Shown: positions 10,706-22,716, counted from the stretch's first letter. The stretch: 64,000 nucleotides of DNA from Gammaproteobacteria bacterium (GCA_965237805.1 OZ250153.1:1280001-1344000), one strand, 5' to 3'. Program-made: numbers and translations. The notes: generated by a model not told the origin, from the letters alone.

Positions 10706-12391
10706 ATGGGAAATGCCGAACGTTGGCTGGAAGCGTTGGTGGCTGATGGCCTGTTGGCTGCTGGCGATGCCGAGATCGCGGGGCGGCAGCTGCACCGGAT
10801 GCCGTCACCCACGGCACATCCCTTGGAGCAACTGGTCGCCCTGAACTTGTGCCGAGTGACCGGTGGCACACTGGATCGGCTCGCATTGTTGCGCTGGCTT
10901 GTGCAGCGCAGCGAGTTGCCGTTGGAGACGGTCACGCTGGCGGCGGTAGAGGCTGCCGGTGCGGTGCCACAGCCATTTTCCGAGCGCCATGGCATTCTGC
11001 TGTTGCGCATGGATGCCGAGCGGGCGGTGGTCGCTTGCTCGGATCCCTTTGTCCGCGATTGGGAGGCACCACTGGCAGCGATGCTGGGGCGGTCCATCCA
11101 GCGTGTGCTGGCAGATCCGGCAGAGCTGCGCAAGTGCACAGGGCAATTCGCGCAGTTGCATCGTTCAGTGCGTGCGGCTGGCCATGCCCATGAACTCTTG
11201 GACACACCGCCGATCACAACACCCGTCATCAATGGCGAATCTCAGCCCAGTGCTGCAGTGGCGGATTGGCTGGTACATTACGCACTGGAGCAGCGTGCCA
11301 GTGACCTGCACTTGGAGCCGCGCGGGGAGACGACCCGGGTGCGGCTGCGCATCGATGGCAGCTTGCACGAGTTGTGCCAGCTGCCAGCGGCGGTGGCGCT
11401 GGCAGTCATCGCACGCTTCAAATTGATGGCCGCGATGGATGTCACCGAACGCCGTCGCCCGCAGGATGGGCGTCTGCGCAATGCGCTACCCGGTGGCGGC
11501 ACATTGGAAATGCGCCTAGCCACCTTGCCCACCGCCCATGGCGAGAAATTGGTGGCGCGCCTGCTGGATGCCACGGTAGCCAGCGTCGGCCTTGAGGCTT
11601 TGGGCATGGCCGATGCTGTGCTGGCTGCGTGGCAGCGGCTGGCGCTGCGTCGCCACGGCTTGTTGCTGGCCACCGGTCCCACTGGCTCGGGCAAGAGTGC
11701 CACGCTCTATGCCACGTTGCGCACGTTGGCCGATGGCGAGCACAACATTTGCACGGTGGAGGATCCGATCGAAATCGTCGATGAGGCTTTTAACCAAACC
11801 CAAGTGCGCCCCGACTTGGGGCTGGACTTTGCCGATGGTATCCGCGCCTTGCTGCGTCAGGACCCAGATGTCATCATGGTAGGTGAGATCCGTGATCCGC
11901 AGACCGCACGCATGGCGGTGCAGGCTGCCCTCACCGGGCATTTGGTGCTGGCCACATTGCATACCAACAGCAGTGTCGATGCGGTGGCTCGGCTACTCGA
12001 TCTGGAGGTGCCGGACTATCTGTTGCGGGCGAGCTTGACGGGGGTCATGGCTCAGCGCTTGGTGCGGGCGCTGTGTCGGCATTGCCGTCGTCCCGAAGCG
12101 GCGGGATCCGAGCTGTGGCAGCAGCTGTCGCCGTCGCCGCCACCGCTGACCTATGTAGCCGATGGCTGTTTGCAGTGTCGGCACAGCGGCCACCACGGGC
12201 GCTTGGGCCTGTTTGAATTGTTGGAGGTGGCCCCTGCATTGCGCGCTGTGCTGTGCCGTGATGGTGACAGTTTGCGCACGGCGGCAGAGCGTGTGCAAAT
12301 TGGTACGCTGCGTGCCGCTGCTGCCGCACGGGTGGCGGCGGGGGAGATCAGCTTGCGCGAGGCGCTGAGCGTGGCAGGTGCTGAGCTTTGA
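10706..12391 (+). CDS. GspE/PulE/PilB-family secretion ATPase (orphan)
   Basis: ASDLHLEP, RRPQDGR, Walker A GPTGSGKS, TVEDPIE, LRQDPDVIMVGEIRD, TGHLVLATLHTN and tetracysteine CRHC...CLQC. Confidence 0.92.
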   Translation: MGNAERWLEALVADGLLAAGDAEIAGRQLHRMPSPTAHPLEQLVALNLCRVTGGTLDRLALLRWLVQRSELPLETVTLAAVEAAGAVPQPFSERHGILLLRMDAERAVVACSDPFVRDWEAPLAAMLGRSIQRVLADPAELRKCTGQFAQLHRSVRAAGHAHELLDTPPITTPVINGESQPSAAVADWLVHYALEQRASDLHLEPRGETTRVRLRIDGSLHELCQLPAAVALAVIARFKLMAAMDVTERRRPQDGRLRNALPGGGTLEMRLATLPTAHGEKLVARLLDATVASVGLEALGMADAVLAAWQRLALRRHGLLLATGPTGSGKSATLYATLRTLADGEHNICTVEDPIEIVDEAFNQTQVRPDLGLDFADGIRALLRQDPDVIMVGEIRDPQTARMAVQAALTGHLVLATLHTNSSVDAVARLLDLEVPDYLLRASLTGVMAQRLVRALCRHCRRPEAAGSELWQQLSPSPPPLTYVADGCLQCRHSGHHGRLGLFELLEVAPALRAVLCRDGDSLRTAAERVQIGTLRAAAAARVAAGEISLREALSVAGAEL

Positions 12392-12527
12392 AATTGGCAT
12401 GGCGATACCCGTCGCTGTGGCGAGCGAGCGCCGTGGCCGCGCCCCTTTTCACGATGCGATAAAATGGACTGTTGCAATGGAGATACCCGGCTCGCTGTGG
12501 CCGCGGCAGCTTTGAGAGGGATTTGCG

Positions 12528-13469
12528 ATGTCGATGGCGGACCGTGATGGCGCGATTTGGCATGATGGTAAATTGGTCCCTTGGCGTGAGGCCAATTTCC
12601 ATTTCCTGAGTCATACACTGCATTATGGCCTCGGGGTTTTCGAGGGCGTGCGCGCCTATGAAACCGCTTCGCGGGGAACCTGCATCTTCCGTCTCGCCGA
12701 TCACACGCGGCGCCTGCTGGACTCGGCTCACATCCTCTCCATTGATGTGGACTGGACCCAAGCGGAGCTGGAGCAGGCACAGTGCGAGGTGGTGCGTGCC
12801 AATGGCCTCAGCGAGAGCTATCTGCGCCCGATGTGCATGCTCGGAGTGCCTGAGACGCCCGACGGCATGGGGCTGCGCGCCGAGGGGGTGCCGTGCCATA
12901 CGGTGATTGCCGCTTGGGAATGGCCGCGTTATATGGATGGCGAGGCCAATGAGCGCGGTATCCGTGTGCACACTTCTTCTTTCACCCGCCACCATGTCAA
13001 TGCCGCCATGTGTCGCGCCAAAGGCAACGGCTATTACATCAACTCCATACTCGCCCTGCGCGAAGCGCGCAGCAACGGCTTCGACGAGGCACTGCTCTTG
13101 GATCCGGAAGGCTTTGTCGCCGAGGGCAGTGGTGAGAACCTGTTCATCGTGCGCGGTGCAGTGCTACACACGCCGTCGCCCACTTTCTGCCTTGATGGAA
13201 TCACCCGGGACACTGTGATCCAGTTGGCGCGCGAGGAAGGGATTGAGGTGCGGGAGCGCCGCATCAGCCGCGACGAGGTCTACATCGCCGATGAGGCTTT
13301 CCTCACCGGCACCGCTGCCGAGGTGGTGCCAGTGCGCGAGTTGGATCGCCGTCGCATCGGCAACGGCGATGCTGGCGAGATGACCAAACATCTGCAGGCA
13401 CTATATCTGCAGCAGGTGCGTGGGCAGCGATCAAGTCACCCTGAATGGCTTGTGCCAGTGGCTGACTGA
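12528..13469 (+). CDS. ilvE: Branched-chain amino acid aminotransferase
   Basis: LHYGLGVFEGVRAY, AKGNGYYINS, EGSGENLF, LDGITR and FLTGTAAEV. Confidence 0.96.
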   Translation: MSMADRDGAIWHDGKLVPWREANFHFLSHTLHYGLGVFEGVRAYETASRGTCIFRLADHTRRLLDSAHILSIDVDWTQAELEQAQCEVVRANGLSESYLRPMCMLGVPETPDGMGLRAEGVPCHTVIAAWEWPRYMDGEANERGIRVHTSSFTRHHVNAAMCRAKGNGYYINSILALREARSNGFDEALLLDPEGFVAEGSGENLFIVRGAVLHTPSPTFCLDGITRDTVIQLAREEGIEVRERRISRDEVYIADEAFLTGTAAEVVPVRELDRRRIGNGDAGEMTKHLQALYLQQVRGQRSSHPEWLVPVAD

Positions 13470-13683
13470 GGTGGTGGCGGGGGGTGTCGCCGAGTTGGGT
13501 GCAGCTGTGGCCATGTGCGTGTTGTCGGTTCCAAGTGTCACGTGGCGCACGCTCCGATGCAGCTTGGCGGCGGTTGACACGATGGTCTCGCGCCGCCCGT
13601 AGGCGGCGCTTCGATTGAGCGATGGGCTGGCACTGCGCTGATGTGCGTCGCGTGGTGTCGCTGGCAAGGCTTGGGGGCTGAAA

Positions 13684-13941
13684 ATGGGCAAAAACAAAAC
13701 GACGCAGGATGCCAGTGACGGCGAACTGGTCTTTGAGCAAGCTTTGGAGCGCCTTGAGCAGCTGGTGGAGCGCCTCGAAGCGGGGCAGCTGAGCTTGGAG
13801 GGAGCGCTGCGCGACTACGAGCAGGGCATGCAGCTGGTGACGCGTTGCCGAACGGCGCTGGATCGCGCTGAGCAGCGAGTGCGCGAATTGCGCGATGACG
13901 GCGCTGACCCTACCCCTGTGTTGCCCGCCGCAGAAGATTGA
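13684..13941 (+). CDS. xseB: Exodeoxyribonuclease VII small subunit
   Basis: FEQALERLEQLVERLEAGQLSLE...AEQRV; xseB-ispA-dxs synteny. Confidence 0.95.
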   Translation: MGKNKTTQDASDGELVFEQALERLEQLVERLEAGQLSLEGALRDYEQGMQLVTRCRTALDRAEQRVRELRDDGADPTPVLPAAED

Positions 13942-13946
13942 GGCGG

Positions 13947-14828
13947 ATGATGTCCGAGGCGTTGATGGAGCGGGCCAAGGAGCACTTGCAACGGCAAAGC
14001 GAGCAGACCAACCGCGCTTTGGAGTGCCACCTAGATCAGTTGCGCGACGACCGCCTTGAGTTGTGGCCAGCCATGCGCTACGCCTTGGTCAGTGGTGGCA
14101 AGCGCATCCGCGCCACCTTGGTTTCGGCGGCGGCCACCACCGTTGCTCCGGGGGTGGCACCAGCGGCGGTCTTGGATTGCATCTCCAGCGCGGTGGAGTT
14201 TATGCACTGCTATTCGTTGGTACACGACGACCTGCCAGCGATGGACGACGACGATATGCGCCGCGGTCAGCCCTCCTGTCATATCCGCTTCGACGAGGCG
14301 ACTGCCATTCTCGCTGGCGATGCCCTGCAGGCGCATGCCTTTGGTTTACTGATTCGTTGCCCGGGCTTGTCTGCTGAGTGTCGCCTGCAGATGTTGGACG
14401 ATTTGGTCGAAGTGGTGGGGATCGCTGGCATGGCGGGCGGTCAGGCTCGAGATTTGGCCTTTGTGCGCCAGCTGCCCAGCGTTGCCGAGCTGGAACAGAT
14501 GCAGCGTATGAAGACCGCTGCCTTGATCGCTGGCAGTTTGCGTCTCGGCGGCCGTGCCGTTGCGGCCTCGGAGGGGCAGCTGCAAGCGCTGTCGCGCTAT
14601 GGCTCCGATATCGGCTTGGCTTTCCAGATCTGCGATGACTTGATCGACAGCACCGATGAGTCGGACGCTGCACTCGAGTCGAACTATTGCACCTTGGTCG
14701 GCATCGAGGTGGCGCGTCGGCGGATGTTGGACTTGGAGCACAGCGCCATGGCATCCTTGGATGGGGTCTTCAAAGACAGCGAACTGCTCTGCGCCCTAGC
14801 GCACTACATGGTCAACCGAGAGTCATGA
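13947..14828 (+). CDS. ispA: Farnesyl diphosphate synthase
   Basis: [39 protein letters not shown] and FQICDD. Confidence 0.95.
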   Translation: MMSEALMERAKEHLQRQSEQTNRALECHLDQLRDDRLELWPAMRYALVSGGKRIRATLVSAAATTVAPGVAPAAVLDCISSAVEFMHCYSLVHDDLPAMDDDDMRRGQPSCHIRFDEATAILAGDALQAHAFGLLIRCPGLSAECRLQMLDDLVEVVGIAGMAGGQARDLAFVRQLPSVAELEQMQRMKTAALIAGSLRLGGRAVAASEGQLQALSRYGSDIGLAFQICDDLIDSTDESDAALESNYCTLVGIEVARRRMLDLEHSAMASLDGVFKDSELLCALAHYMVNRES

Positions 14829-16765
14829 AAACGCCGAATGCCAAGTCCGCCGAGGAGGGTCGTGTCGATGATGGTGGGCTACCGCGCGAGCGACCAGACA
14901 CGCCATTGCTCGACAGCATCGACTCACCGGTGCAGCTGCGTGCGCTCGACGCCTCACAGCTGCCGGGACTGGCAGCGGAGTTGCGCGCCTTTTTGCTCTA
15001 CACGGTGGCTCGCACTGGCGGCCATTTCGGTGCCAGTCTCGGCGTTGTCGAACTGAGCATCGCGTTGCACTATCTCTACGACACGCCGCAGGATTTGCTA
15101 CTGTGGGATGTCGGTCACCAAGCCTATCCACACAAGATCCTCACCGGTCGGCGCGAGCGCATGGCGACGCTGCGCCAAAGCGGCGGTCTGTCGGGCTTTC
15201 TCAGGCGCGAGGAAAGTCCCTACGACCACTTTGGTGCCGGCCACTCAAGCACCAGCATCAGTGCTGCCCTCGGCATGGCGCTGGCAGCGCGCCAGCAGGG
15301 GAGCCGCCGCCGTGTGGCGGCGGTGATCGGTGATGGTGCCATCACCGCTGGCATGGCCTACGAGGCGATGGCGCATTTGGGGGAGACGCGCGCCGATGCC
15401 TTGGTGGTGCTGAACGACAACCAGATGTCGATTTCCCACAACACTGGCGGCTTGCATAACTACTTGGCGCGTCTGTGGTCGAGCAAGACCTACTCGTCGC
15501 TACGCACCGGGAGCAAGAAAATGTTGCGCCGTATGCCGACTGCCCTAGAGCTGGCCAAGCGCACCGAAGAGCACATCAAGGGGATGGTTGCGCCCGGCAC
15601 ACTGTTTGAAGAACTGAACCTGAATTACATCGGCCCGGTCAATGGTCATGATTTGCCGTTGTTGTTACATATGATCGGCAATCTGCGCGAGCTCAAGGGG
15701 CCGCAGCTGCTGCATGTATTGACTGTCAAAGGCCAGGGTTATGCGCCCGCCGAGGAAGATCCGGTGCGTTATCACGCGATCAGCAAGTGGTCGGCACCCG
15801 TGGCGGCTCCCGTTGCCGAACAAGTGCCGCGCTATCAGAAGATTTTCGGGGACTGGTTGTGCGAGGTGGCGGCGCGCGATGAGCGCTTGGTGGCAATCAC
15901 TCCAGCCATGTGCGAGGGCTCGGGGATGGTGGATTTCGCCGAGCGTTTCCCAGATCGCTTCTACGATGTCGCCATCGCCGAGCAGCACAGTGTGACCTTG
16001 GCCGCTGGCATGGCTTGTGGCGGCCTCAAGCCGGTGGTGGCGATCTACTCGACTTTTCTGCAACGCGCCTACGATCAGCTGATCCACGATGTGGCTCTGC
16101 AAAAGCTCGATGTGACCTTTGCCGTCGACCGTGCCGGCTTGGTGGGTGAGGACGGCCCCACCCATGCTGGCAGCTTCGACCTCTGCTATCTGCGCTGTGT
16201 CCCCAATCTGGTGGTATTGGCACCGTCGGATGGCGATGAGGCGCGGTGCATGTTGGAGACAGCCTATTGTCACGAGGGGCCAGCTGCGGTGCGTTATCCA
16301 CGTGGCTCGCCGTCGGCACCACTGCACTTGCAAGATCCTCAGCCCTTGCCGATCGGTCGTGCTATCGTGCGCCGTCGTGGCCAGCGCACGGCTTTCTTGG
16401 TTTTTGGCACGCCGTTGGCAGCGGCGCGAGAGGTGGCCGAAGCCATCGATGCCAGCGTGGTGGATATGCGCTTCGTCAAGCCGCTGGATGAGGACTTGGT
16501 GCGTCAGTTTGCCGCTTCGCACCAGCTGCTGGTGACGGTGGAAGATGGGGTCATCGCCGGTGGTGCTGGTGCTGCGGTTGGGGAATTATTGGCAGCCGAC
16601 CCCGCCGCTCCGCCGCTGTTGCATCTGGGCTTGCCGGATCACTTTGTCGAACACGGCACTCGTGCCGAGCTGTTGGCGCAGTGTGGACTCGATGCAGCTG
16701 GAATCGGGAACTCGGTGGCGCGTTGGTGGGACGAGCATCAGGCCAAGTTAGATAATATGGCCTAG
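14825..16765 (+). CDS. dxs: 1-deoxy-D-xylulose-5-phosphate synthase
   Basis: [41 protein letters not shown] and [13 protein letters not shown]; ATGA overlap with ispA. Confidence 0.97.
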   Translation: MKTPNAKSAEEGRVDDGGLPRERPDTPLLDSIDSPVQLRALDASQLPGLAAELRAFLLYTVARTGGHFGASLGVVELSIALHYLYDTPQDLLLWDVGHQAYPHKILTGRRERMATLRQSGGLSGFLRREESPYDHFGAGHSSTSISAALGMALAARQQGSRRRVAAVIGDGAITAGMAYEAMAHLGETRADALVVLNDNQMSISHNTGGLHNYLARLWSSKTYSSLRTGSKKMLRRMPTALELAKRTEEHIKGMVAPGTLFEELNLNYIGPVNGHDLPLLLHMIGNLRELKGPQLLHVLTVKGQGYAPAEEDPVRYHAISKWSAPVAAPVAEQVPRYQKIFGDWLCEVAARDERLVAITPAMCEGSGMVDFAERFPDRFYDVAIAEQHSVTLAAGMACGGLKPVVAIYSTFLQRAYDQLIHDVALQKLDVTFAVDRAGLVGEDGPTHAGSFDLCYLRCVPNLVVLAPSDGDEARCMLETAYCHEGPAAVRYPRGSPSAPLHLQDPQPLPIGRAIVRRRGQRTAFLVFGTPLAAAREVAEAIDASVVDMRFVKPLDEDLVRQFAASHQLLVTVEDGVIAGGAGAAVGELLAADPAAPPLLHLGLPDHFVEHGTRAELLAQCGLDAAGIGNSVARWWDEHQAKLDNMA

Positions 16766-17335
16766 TTTGTCGGCTTTAGTCGCCAGATAATGCATGTTGT
16801 GTGGGTTGTCGCCGACGCGCAATGGCATACGCTCCACCACTTCGATACCCAGTGTCTCCAGTGCGCTGACCTTGCTCGGGTTGTTGGTCATCAAGCGCAG
16901 GCGTTGGATGCCGAAGTAGCGCAGGATAGCGGCACAATGGCTGTAGTCACGCTGGTCTTCGGCGAATCCCAATTGCAAGTTGGCCTCGACGGTGTCGGCA
17001 CCTTCATCTTGTAGTTGATAGCTCAAGATCTTGTTGCCCAAGCCGATATTACGCCCTTCCTGTGCCATATAGAGCAAGATGCCGCGGTTGGCATCGGCGA
17101 TCTTCTGCACCGCCCGTTGCAATTGCGAGCCGCAGTCGCAACGCAGGCTGAACAGCGCGTCGCCCGTCGTGCAGCTCGAGTGGATGCGTCCCAGCAACGG
17201 CTCTTCCCCCTCCAGCTGTCCGAGAGTCAGCACGAGATGGTCGCTACCGCTTTCTTCAGCATCGGAAAAAGCGTGTAGTGAAAACTCCGCCCACTCTGTG
17301 GGCAGGCGAGCGCAGGCTAAGTGGCGCAGAGCCAT
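16748..17335 (-). CDS. ribA: GTP cyclohydrolase II
   Basis: [34 protein letters not shown] and LMTNNP.K. The frame is open to 17419; the start was chosen by family length. Confidence 0.95.
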   Translation of the reverse strand: MALRHLACARLPTEWAEFSLHAFSDAEESGSDHLVLTLGQLEGEEPLLGRIHSSCTTGDALFSLRCDCGSQLQRAVQKIADANRGILLYMAQEGRNIGLGNKILSYQLQDEGADTVEANLQLGFAEDQRDYSHCAAILRYFGIQRLRLMTNNPSKVSALETLGIEVVERMPLRVGDNPHNMHYLATKADKLGHII

Positions 17336-17609
17336 GATATCCAGATGATCCTCATTAGCGGCATCATTTTGACAGTCTAACACGCTGAGCTGATGTCTTG
17401 ACGCGGTCTTGCTATCCACGCTAAAATGACGAGCTGTCTCGGCAGCTTACGAGGGGCATCGGTCGGCGAGGGCGCTGGCCTTGGTCACAGATTTGCGCTT
17501 GGGGGCAGTGGCGTGCGACTTGGTTGAAAGCCTGTCGTCGCGGTCTGTTGTTCCTCTTGCTGTCTAGGGTTGCCGGCTCTGCGGCTTGTGTATTTGACAG
17601 GATCCGATC

Positions 17610-18122
17610 TTGGTGGCGACCATCCGACAACAGCAGCGACTGCACGAACTTGTCGATCCGGTGGTGAGCGGCCTTGGATTGGAGCTATGGGGGCTGGAAT
17701 ATCAGCCCAGTCGCCGCCCGCCTGTGTTGCGTGTTTTCATCGAAGCAACTGCCGATGGTGCTGGCGGTATCAGTGTGTCCGATTGCGAGCAGGTCAGCTG
17801 TCAGCTGAGCGGTGTGCTCGATGTCGAGGATCCGTTGCCGGGTCGCTATCAGCTCGAAGTGTCCTCTCCCGGCATGGATCGCCGTCTCTTCGAATGGTGT
17901 CATTTTCAGCGTTTCACCGGCGCACGGGCACGTGTTTCGTTGCGCGTGTCCGTCGACGGTCAGCGTCATTTTGAGGGCTGGCTGTTGCCTTTGCCTGAGG
18001 ACGGGCAGTCCTCGGTGGCATTGCGCGGAGCCGACGGGGAAGAGTGGCGTTTTGCCTTTGCCGCTATCGATTCGGCGCGATTGGTTCCTGATTTGACGGG
18101 TCTGAGTGAGGGGGGGCGATAG
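17610..18122 (+). CDS. rimP: Ribosome maturation factor RimP
   Basis: LRVFIE, DCEQVS, LDVEDP, Y.LEVSSPGMDR; first gene before nusA. Confidence 0.93.
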   Translation: MVATIRQQQRLHELVDPVVSGLGLELWGLEYQPSRRPPVLRVFIEATADGAGGISVSDCEQVSCQLSGVLDVEDPLPGRYQLEVSSPGMDRRLFEWCHFQRFTGARARVSLRVSVDGQRHFEGWLLPLPEDGQSSVALRGADGEEWRFAFAAIDSARLVPDLTGLSEGGR

Positions 18123-19781
18123 GTGAAGCTGGAGCCCAGTGAAATTTTGGCGATGGTGCAGACCGTCGCCACCGAGAAAGGCATCGATTCCGAGCTATTG
18201 TTTGAGGCGGTCGAGCAAGCCTTGGGCGAGGCGCGTCGACGCGATCTGGAATCGCAGGGTACGGCGGGAGCGGAGGTGCGTGTGCGCATCGATCGTGTCA
18301 CTGGCGAATGGAGCAGTGCCCGTGTGTGGTTTGTGGTGGCCGATGACCCGGAGGAGCGCACGGTGCGCCCCCTGCGGGTGGATCCGCTCGCCCGGCCACC
18401 GCTCGCTGGTGCAGAGGAAGAGCTGGCGGGCGATCCGCACGAGCTCGATGTGGCCTGTGAGAAGACGCTGAGCGAGGCGCGCGAGTTGCAAGCTGATCTG
18501 GAAGTCGGCCAGTGGTATGAAAAGGCTTTGCCGCAGCACGATTTTGGGCGCATTGCGGCTCAGATCGCCAAGCAGGTCATCGTGCGGCGTGTGCGCGAGG
18601 CGGAGCGGGTGGTGGTGCGCAAACAGTACCAGAACCGCGTCGGTGAATTGCTGAGCGGGCATGTGAGCCGTGTGACTCGCGACAATTTCATTGTCATGCT
18701 GGCGGGCAATGCAGAGGCCTTGCTGCCACGTAGCCGGTCGGTGCGCGACGATGGTTTCCGCATCGGCGATACGGTGCGTGCGGTGTTGGAGGAGTTGGAG
18801 CCAGATGCGCGCGGTCCACAGCTGGTCTTGGGGCGTCGCTCGCCCGCCATGTTGGAGCAGTTGTTTCGCTTGGAAGTGCCGGAAATCCAAGAGGGCTTGA
18901 TCGAGATTCGCGGTGTCGTGCGCGAGCCCGGCTCGCGCGCCAAAGTGGCGGTCAAGACCAACGATGGGCGCATCGATCCGGTTGGCGTCTGCGTCGGCAT
19001 GCGCGGCACACGGGTGTTGGCGGTCTCACATGAGGTCAAGGATGAGCGCATCGACATCGTCCCTTGGCACGAGGATGTGGCGCAATTTGTGATCAGTGCG
19101 CTGGCACCGGCCGAGGTCGATTCAGTGGTGATGGAGCCGGATCGTCGCACGGTGGAAGTCGGCGTGCCGGAGGAGAATATCAAGACAGCGCTCGGTCACC
19201 GCGGCGAAAATGTCCGCTTGGCCAGCGCCTTGGTCGGTTGGCATATCGACATCGTCAGCACTGAGGAAATGGCGTCACGCAAACAAAGCGAGAACGACAA
19301 GTTGCGCGATCGCTTCGTGCAACATCTGGAGGTGGATGCAGAGTTGGCGGGTCTGCTGGTGCAATCCGGCTTCGTCAATATTGATTCCATCGCCTATGTG
19401 CCGTTGGATGAATTGGTGTTGATCGACGGTATCGACCACGGGCTGGCCGAGAATCTGCGCGAGCGTGCGAGAAACGCGCTATTTCTGATGATGGCGCAAG
19501 GGGAAGAAGAGGAAGTGGCGCCAGTGCCGACCGAAGAGTTATTGACCTTGGAGCGGATGACTCCGGGCATCGCCAGTCGGCTTGCTGCCGAGGGCATCGC
19601 CACGGTACAGGCCTTGGCTGACCAAGCGGTACCCGATCTGCTGGAGATCAGCGGCATTGAGGAACGCATGGCTCGTCGCCTGATCATGGAGGCGCGGCGG
19701 CAAATTTTTGACATGGAAGCGGACGGCGTGGAGCCGGAGGCAGCTGTGCCGGCGGCTGTCGGTTCGACACCTAGGAATTGA
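18123..19781 (+). CDS. nusA: Transcription termination/antitermination factor NusA
   Basis: FGRIAAQIAKQVI, EVPEI, REPGSRAKVAV, DPVGVCVGMRG, GENVRLAS and C-terminal acidic repeats. Confidence 0.96.
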   Translation: MKLEPSEILAMVQTVATEKGIDSELLFEAVEQALGEARRRDLESQGTAGAEVRVRIDRVTGEWSSARVWFVVADDPEERTVRPLRVDPLARPPLAGAEEELAGDPHELDVACEKTLSEARELQADLEVGQWYEKALPQHDFGRIAAQIAKQVIVRRVREAERVVVRKQYQNRVGELLSGHVSRVTRDNFIVMLAGNAEALLPRSRSVRDDGFRIGDTVRAVLEELEPDARGPQLVLGRRSPAMLEQLFRLEVPEIQEGLIEIRGVVREPGSRAKVAVKTNDGRIDPVGVCVGMRGTRVLAVSHEVKDERIDIVPWHEDVAQFVISALAPAEVDSVVMEPDRRTVEVGVPEENIKTALGHRGENVRLASALVGWHIDIVSTEEMASRKQSENDKLRDRFVQHLEVDAELAGLLVQSGFVNIDSIAYVPLDELVLIDGIDHGLAENLRERARNALFLMMAQGEEEEVAPVPTEELLTLERMTPGIASRLAAEGIATVQALADQAVPDLLEISGIEERMARRLIMEARRQIFDMEADGVEPEAAVPAAVGSTPRN

Positions 19782-19787
19782 TCCGCC

Positions 19788-22337
19788 GTGGCGCAACAGA
19801 GTACCGTCTTGGCGTTGGCAGAGCGCTTTCAGTTATCGGCTGATACCCTGCTCGGCATTTTGCGCGATGCCGATTTTGAGCTGAGTGGCGCAGAGGACAC
19901 GGTGGATATGGGTGAGGTGATGACCAAGCCCGCCGTGCGCGACGCCTTAATGGAATCCAAACGCCGCCCGAGTGGCGGCAGTGGTGCTGAGGATCAGGTG
20001 GTTGTCAAGCTGGAGCGACGCTCCAGCACTACCTTGCGCACCGGTGGTCGTGCCAATTCCCGTGCAGTGACGGTAGAGCGCCGCGGTCAACGCACCTATG
20101 CCAAGCCGGTGGAGCCTGCCGACATCGAAGAGCAACAGGCACCGCCGCCCCACGTCGCGTTGCCACCTGTTGGCGAGCTGCCGGCACCGGCACCGGATGC
20201 CGATCTCGATTTGGAGGAGCTGCGCCGCAGCTCGGTGCGGGATAGCCTCGCAAAACGCACCGCTGCAGAGAAAGCAAACAAAAAAGCCGAGGGGGAGCGC
20301 AGCCGCGTCGCCACTGCTTCGCGCTCGACTGCTGCCAAGGCCGCCACACGCCGTTCCCCTTCATTGTTGCCCCGCCGCCGCACGCGCTTGACACCGCGCA
20401 CTGGCGAGAAGCATCAGGCCGATTCTCGTCGCTCGGTTGAGATGGCTTTGCGTGAGACGGTGGAGGAGGGAAAGGGAGCGTCCGCTGCGCCGCAGTCCGC
20501 GTCATCGGGTGCCGGTGTCGCCGGGGTACTCAAGATAGTCGACCAGCGCCACCATGCCTTCCGCCGGCCTCAGCAACCGATAACGCGCACCTTGCACCTC
20601 GAGCGTGGCCAGCGCCTTTCCGTGGCCAGCTTGGCGCGTCGGCTCGGTGTCAAATTGCCGCTCGCGCTGGCTCGCTTGGAGGCGATGGGCGTTGAGGATG
20701 CCGAACAGATCGACACCGACACGGCCACGATGCTGGCCGAGGATTTGGGGCATCGTATCGAGCTGAGCGACGAGCGCACGCTGGCAAGCGTGCTCGAAAA
20801 GGCGCGTGCAGCAGAGGGCAACCCCGTGTCGCGGGCAGCTGTGGTGACCGTCATGGGGCATGTGGATCACGGCAAGACTTCATTACTCGACCAGTTCCGT
20901 CAGAGCAGCGTCGCCGCTGGCGAGGCCGGTGGCATCACCCAGCACATCGGTGCCTATCGGGTGCCGACGACGGATGGCCGCAGCATCACCTTTGTCGATA
21001 CGCCCGGACACGAGGCGTTCAGCGCCATGCGCGCGCGCGGTGCCCGCTGCACGGACTTGGTGGTGTTGGTGGTGGCCGCCGACGACGGCATCATGCCACA
21101 GACTCACGAATCGGTTGAGCATGTGCGTGCCGCCGGGGTTCCCTTGGTGGTGGCCATCAACAAGATGGATCTGGAAAACGCTGATCCGGAGCGGGTCAAA
21201 CAAGGTTTGGCGGCACTGGAAGTGGTGCCGGACGAGTGGGGCGGCGAGGTGCAGTTTGTGCCGGTCTCAGCGCTCAGCGGCGATGGGCTCGACCAACTGC
21301 TGGCGGCCATCCACTTGCAGGCTGAGCTGCTCGAGCTGCGCGCTTCCCCCGATGTACCCGCTTGGGGCACAGTGATCGAATCGCGCATTGATACCCATCG
21401 CGGCGTTGTCACCACGCTACTGGTACAGGGGGGAACTTTGGAGATCGGTTCCCTAGTGGTCTGCGGTGGCCACAGCGGGCGCCTGCGCGATATGCGCGAT
21501 GAGGGTGGTGCCAAGCTGCGTACGGCACCGCCGTCGACACCGGTGGAAGTGATGGGCTTGCGCGCCGCGCCGGATGCTGGCGAGACCTTCCTTGTGGTCG
21601 GCAACGAGCGCCAAGCGCGCGAGCTGATTGCTTTGCACAAGCCGTCGGTTGCCGCCAGCGCGCCGGGTGAAGATGTCGAGGCTCTGTTCGCCAGCATACA
21701 GGAAGGTGAGGCGCGCGAACTGCGGATCGTGTTGCGCGCGGATGTGCAGGGCTCACTGGAGGCGCTGCGCAGTGGGCTGGCAAAACTCGGCGAGGAAGTA
21801 GAGGGTGTTGAGCTGCGCATCTTGGCGGCTGGGCTCGGCGGCATTAGCACTTCCGATGTCAATTTGGCGCACGGCTCTGATGCCTTGGTGTTGGGTTTCA
21901 ATGTGCGTGCCGCCCCTGCCGCCCAGCAACAGGCGCGGCAATTTGGGGTGACACTCAATTACTACAGCATCATCTACGAATTGACGGAGGATGTGCAGAA
22001 TCTGCTGGTCGGGCTATGCCCGCCGGAGCTGAGTGAACATATACTCGGGGTCGCCGAAGTGCGCGAGATATTCAGTGCGCCGCGTTTCGGTCAGATCGCC
22101 GGTTGCATGGTGGTCGAGGGCGTGGTCTCGCGTGACCAACCCGTGCGCGTGTTGCGCGACGACATCGTCATTTTTGAAGGCCAGTTGGATTCGTTGCGGC
22201 GCTTCAAAGAAGCTGTCAAAGAGGTGCGCAATGGTGTGGAGTGCGGCATTGGCGTGCGCGACTACGAGGATGTGCGCCCCGGCGATCGCATTGAGGTGTT
22301 TGAGCAACGGGAGGTTGCCCGTGGCGTTGGAGCTTAG
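19788..22337 (+). CDS. infB: Translation initiation factor IF-2
   Basis: [43 protein letters not shown] and SLRRFK...ECGI. Confidence 0.98.
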   Translation: MAQQSTVLALAERFQLSADTLLGILRDADFELSGAEDTVDMGEVMTKPAVRDALMESKRRPSGGSGAEDQVVVKLERRSSTTLRTGGRANSRAVTVERRGQRTYAKPVEPADIEEQQAPPPHVALPPVGELPAPAPDADLDLEELRRSSVRDSLAKRTAAEKANKKAEGERSRVATASRSTAAKAATRRSPSLLPRRRTRLTPRTGEKHQADSRRSVEMALRETVEEGKGASAAPQSASSGAGVAGVLKIVDQRHHAFRRPQQPITRTLHLERGQRLSVASLARRLGVKLPLALARLEAMGVEDAEQIDTDTATMLAEDLGHRIELSDERTLASVLEKARAAEGNPVSRAAVVTVMGHVDHGKTSLLDQFRQSSVAAGEAGGITQHIGAYRVPTTDGRSITFVDTPGHEAFSAMRARGARCTDLVVLVVAADDGIMPQTHESVEHVRAAGVPLVVAINKMDLENADPERVKQGLAALEVVPDEWGGEVQFVPVSALSGDGLDQLLAAIHLQAELLELRASPDVPAWGTVIESRIDTHRGVVTTLLVQGGTLEIGSLVVCGGHSGRLRDMRDEGGAKLRTAPPSTPVEVMGLRAAPDAGETFLVVGNERQARELIALHKPSVAASAPGEDVEALFASIQEGEARELRIVLRADVQGSLEALRSGLAKLGEEVEGVELRILAAGLGGISTSDVNLAHGSDALVLGFNVRAAPAAQQQARQFGVTLNYYSIIYELTEDVQNLLVGLCPPELSEHILGVAEVREIFSAPRFGQIAGCMVVEGVVSRDQPVRVLRDDIVIFEGQLDSLRRFKEAVKEVRNGVECGIGVRDYEDVRPGDRIEVFEQREVARGVGA

Positions 22338-22338
22338 G

Positions 22339-22716
22339 ATGAGTCGCGTGGGCGGCTATCTGCAGCGCGAGATCGGCACGCTGATCCACCGCGAGTTGCG
22401 CGACCCCCGCGTCGGCACGGTCAGCGTGGTGGGGGTTGAAGTCAGCCGCGACTTGGCGCATGCGCGGGTCCATGTCACCGTGCTCGGCTGTGAGAGTGCC
22501 GAGCTCGCTGCACCGGCCTTGGCCGCCTTGAACCGCGCTAGCGGTTGGCTGCGTTCACGTGTGGCGGCGGCGGGTGGTCTGCGCGCGACGCCGAGCTTGC
22601 GCTTTTTCTACGATCGGGGCGTGAGTAGTGGGCGCCGCGTCGAAGCTTTGATCGGTGCCGAAGCCGAAGCCGAAGCCGAAGCTGAGGTGGCCTCGGGTCG
22701 TGGAGCGATGTCGTGA
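22339..22716 (+). CDS. rbfA: Ribosome-binding factor A
   Basis: LRDPRV, VEVSRDLAHARV and TPSLRFFYD; between infB and truB. Confidence 0.92.
   Translation: MSRVGGYLQREIGTLIHRELRDPRVGTVSVVGVEVSRDLAHARVHVTVLGCESAELAAPALAALNRASGWLRSRVAAAGGLRATPSLRFFYDRGVSSGRRVEALIGAEAEAEAEAEVASGRGAMS

Noticed and set aside
16748-16765. 18-bp convergent overlap of dxs and ribA
   Set aside because: Short 3' overlaps are common and need no special explanation.
22657-22680. (GCCGAA)4 repeat at the rbfA 3' end
   Set aside because: Frame-preserving low-complexity Ala-Glu tail; no switch potential.
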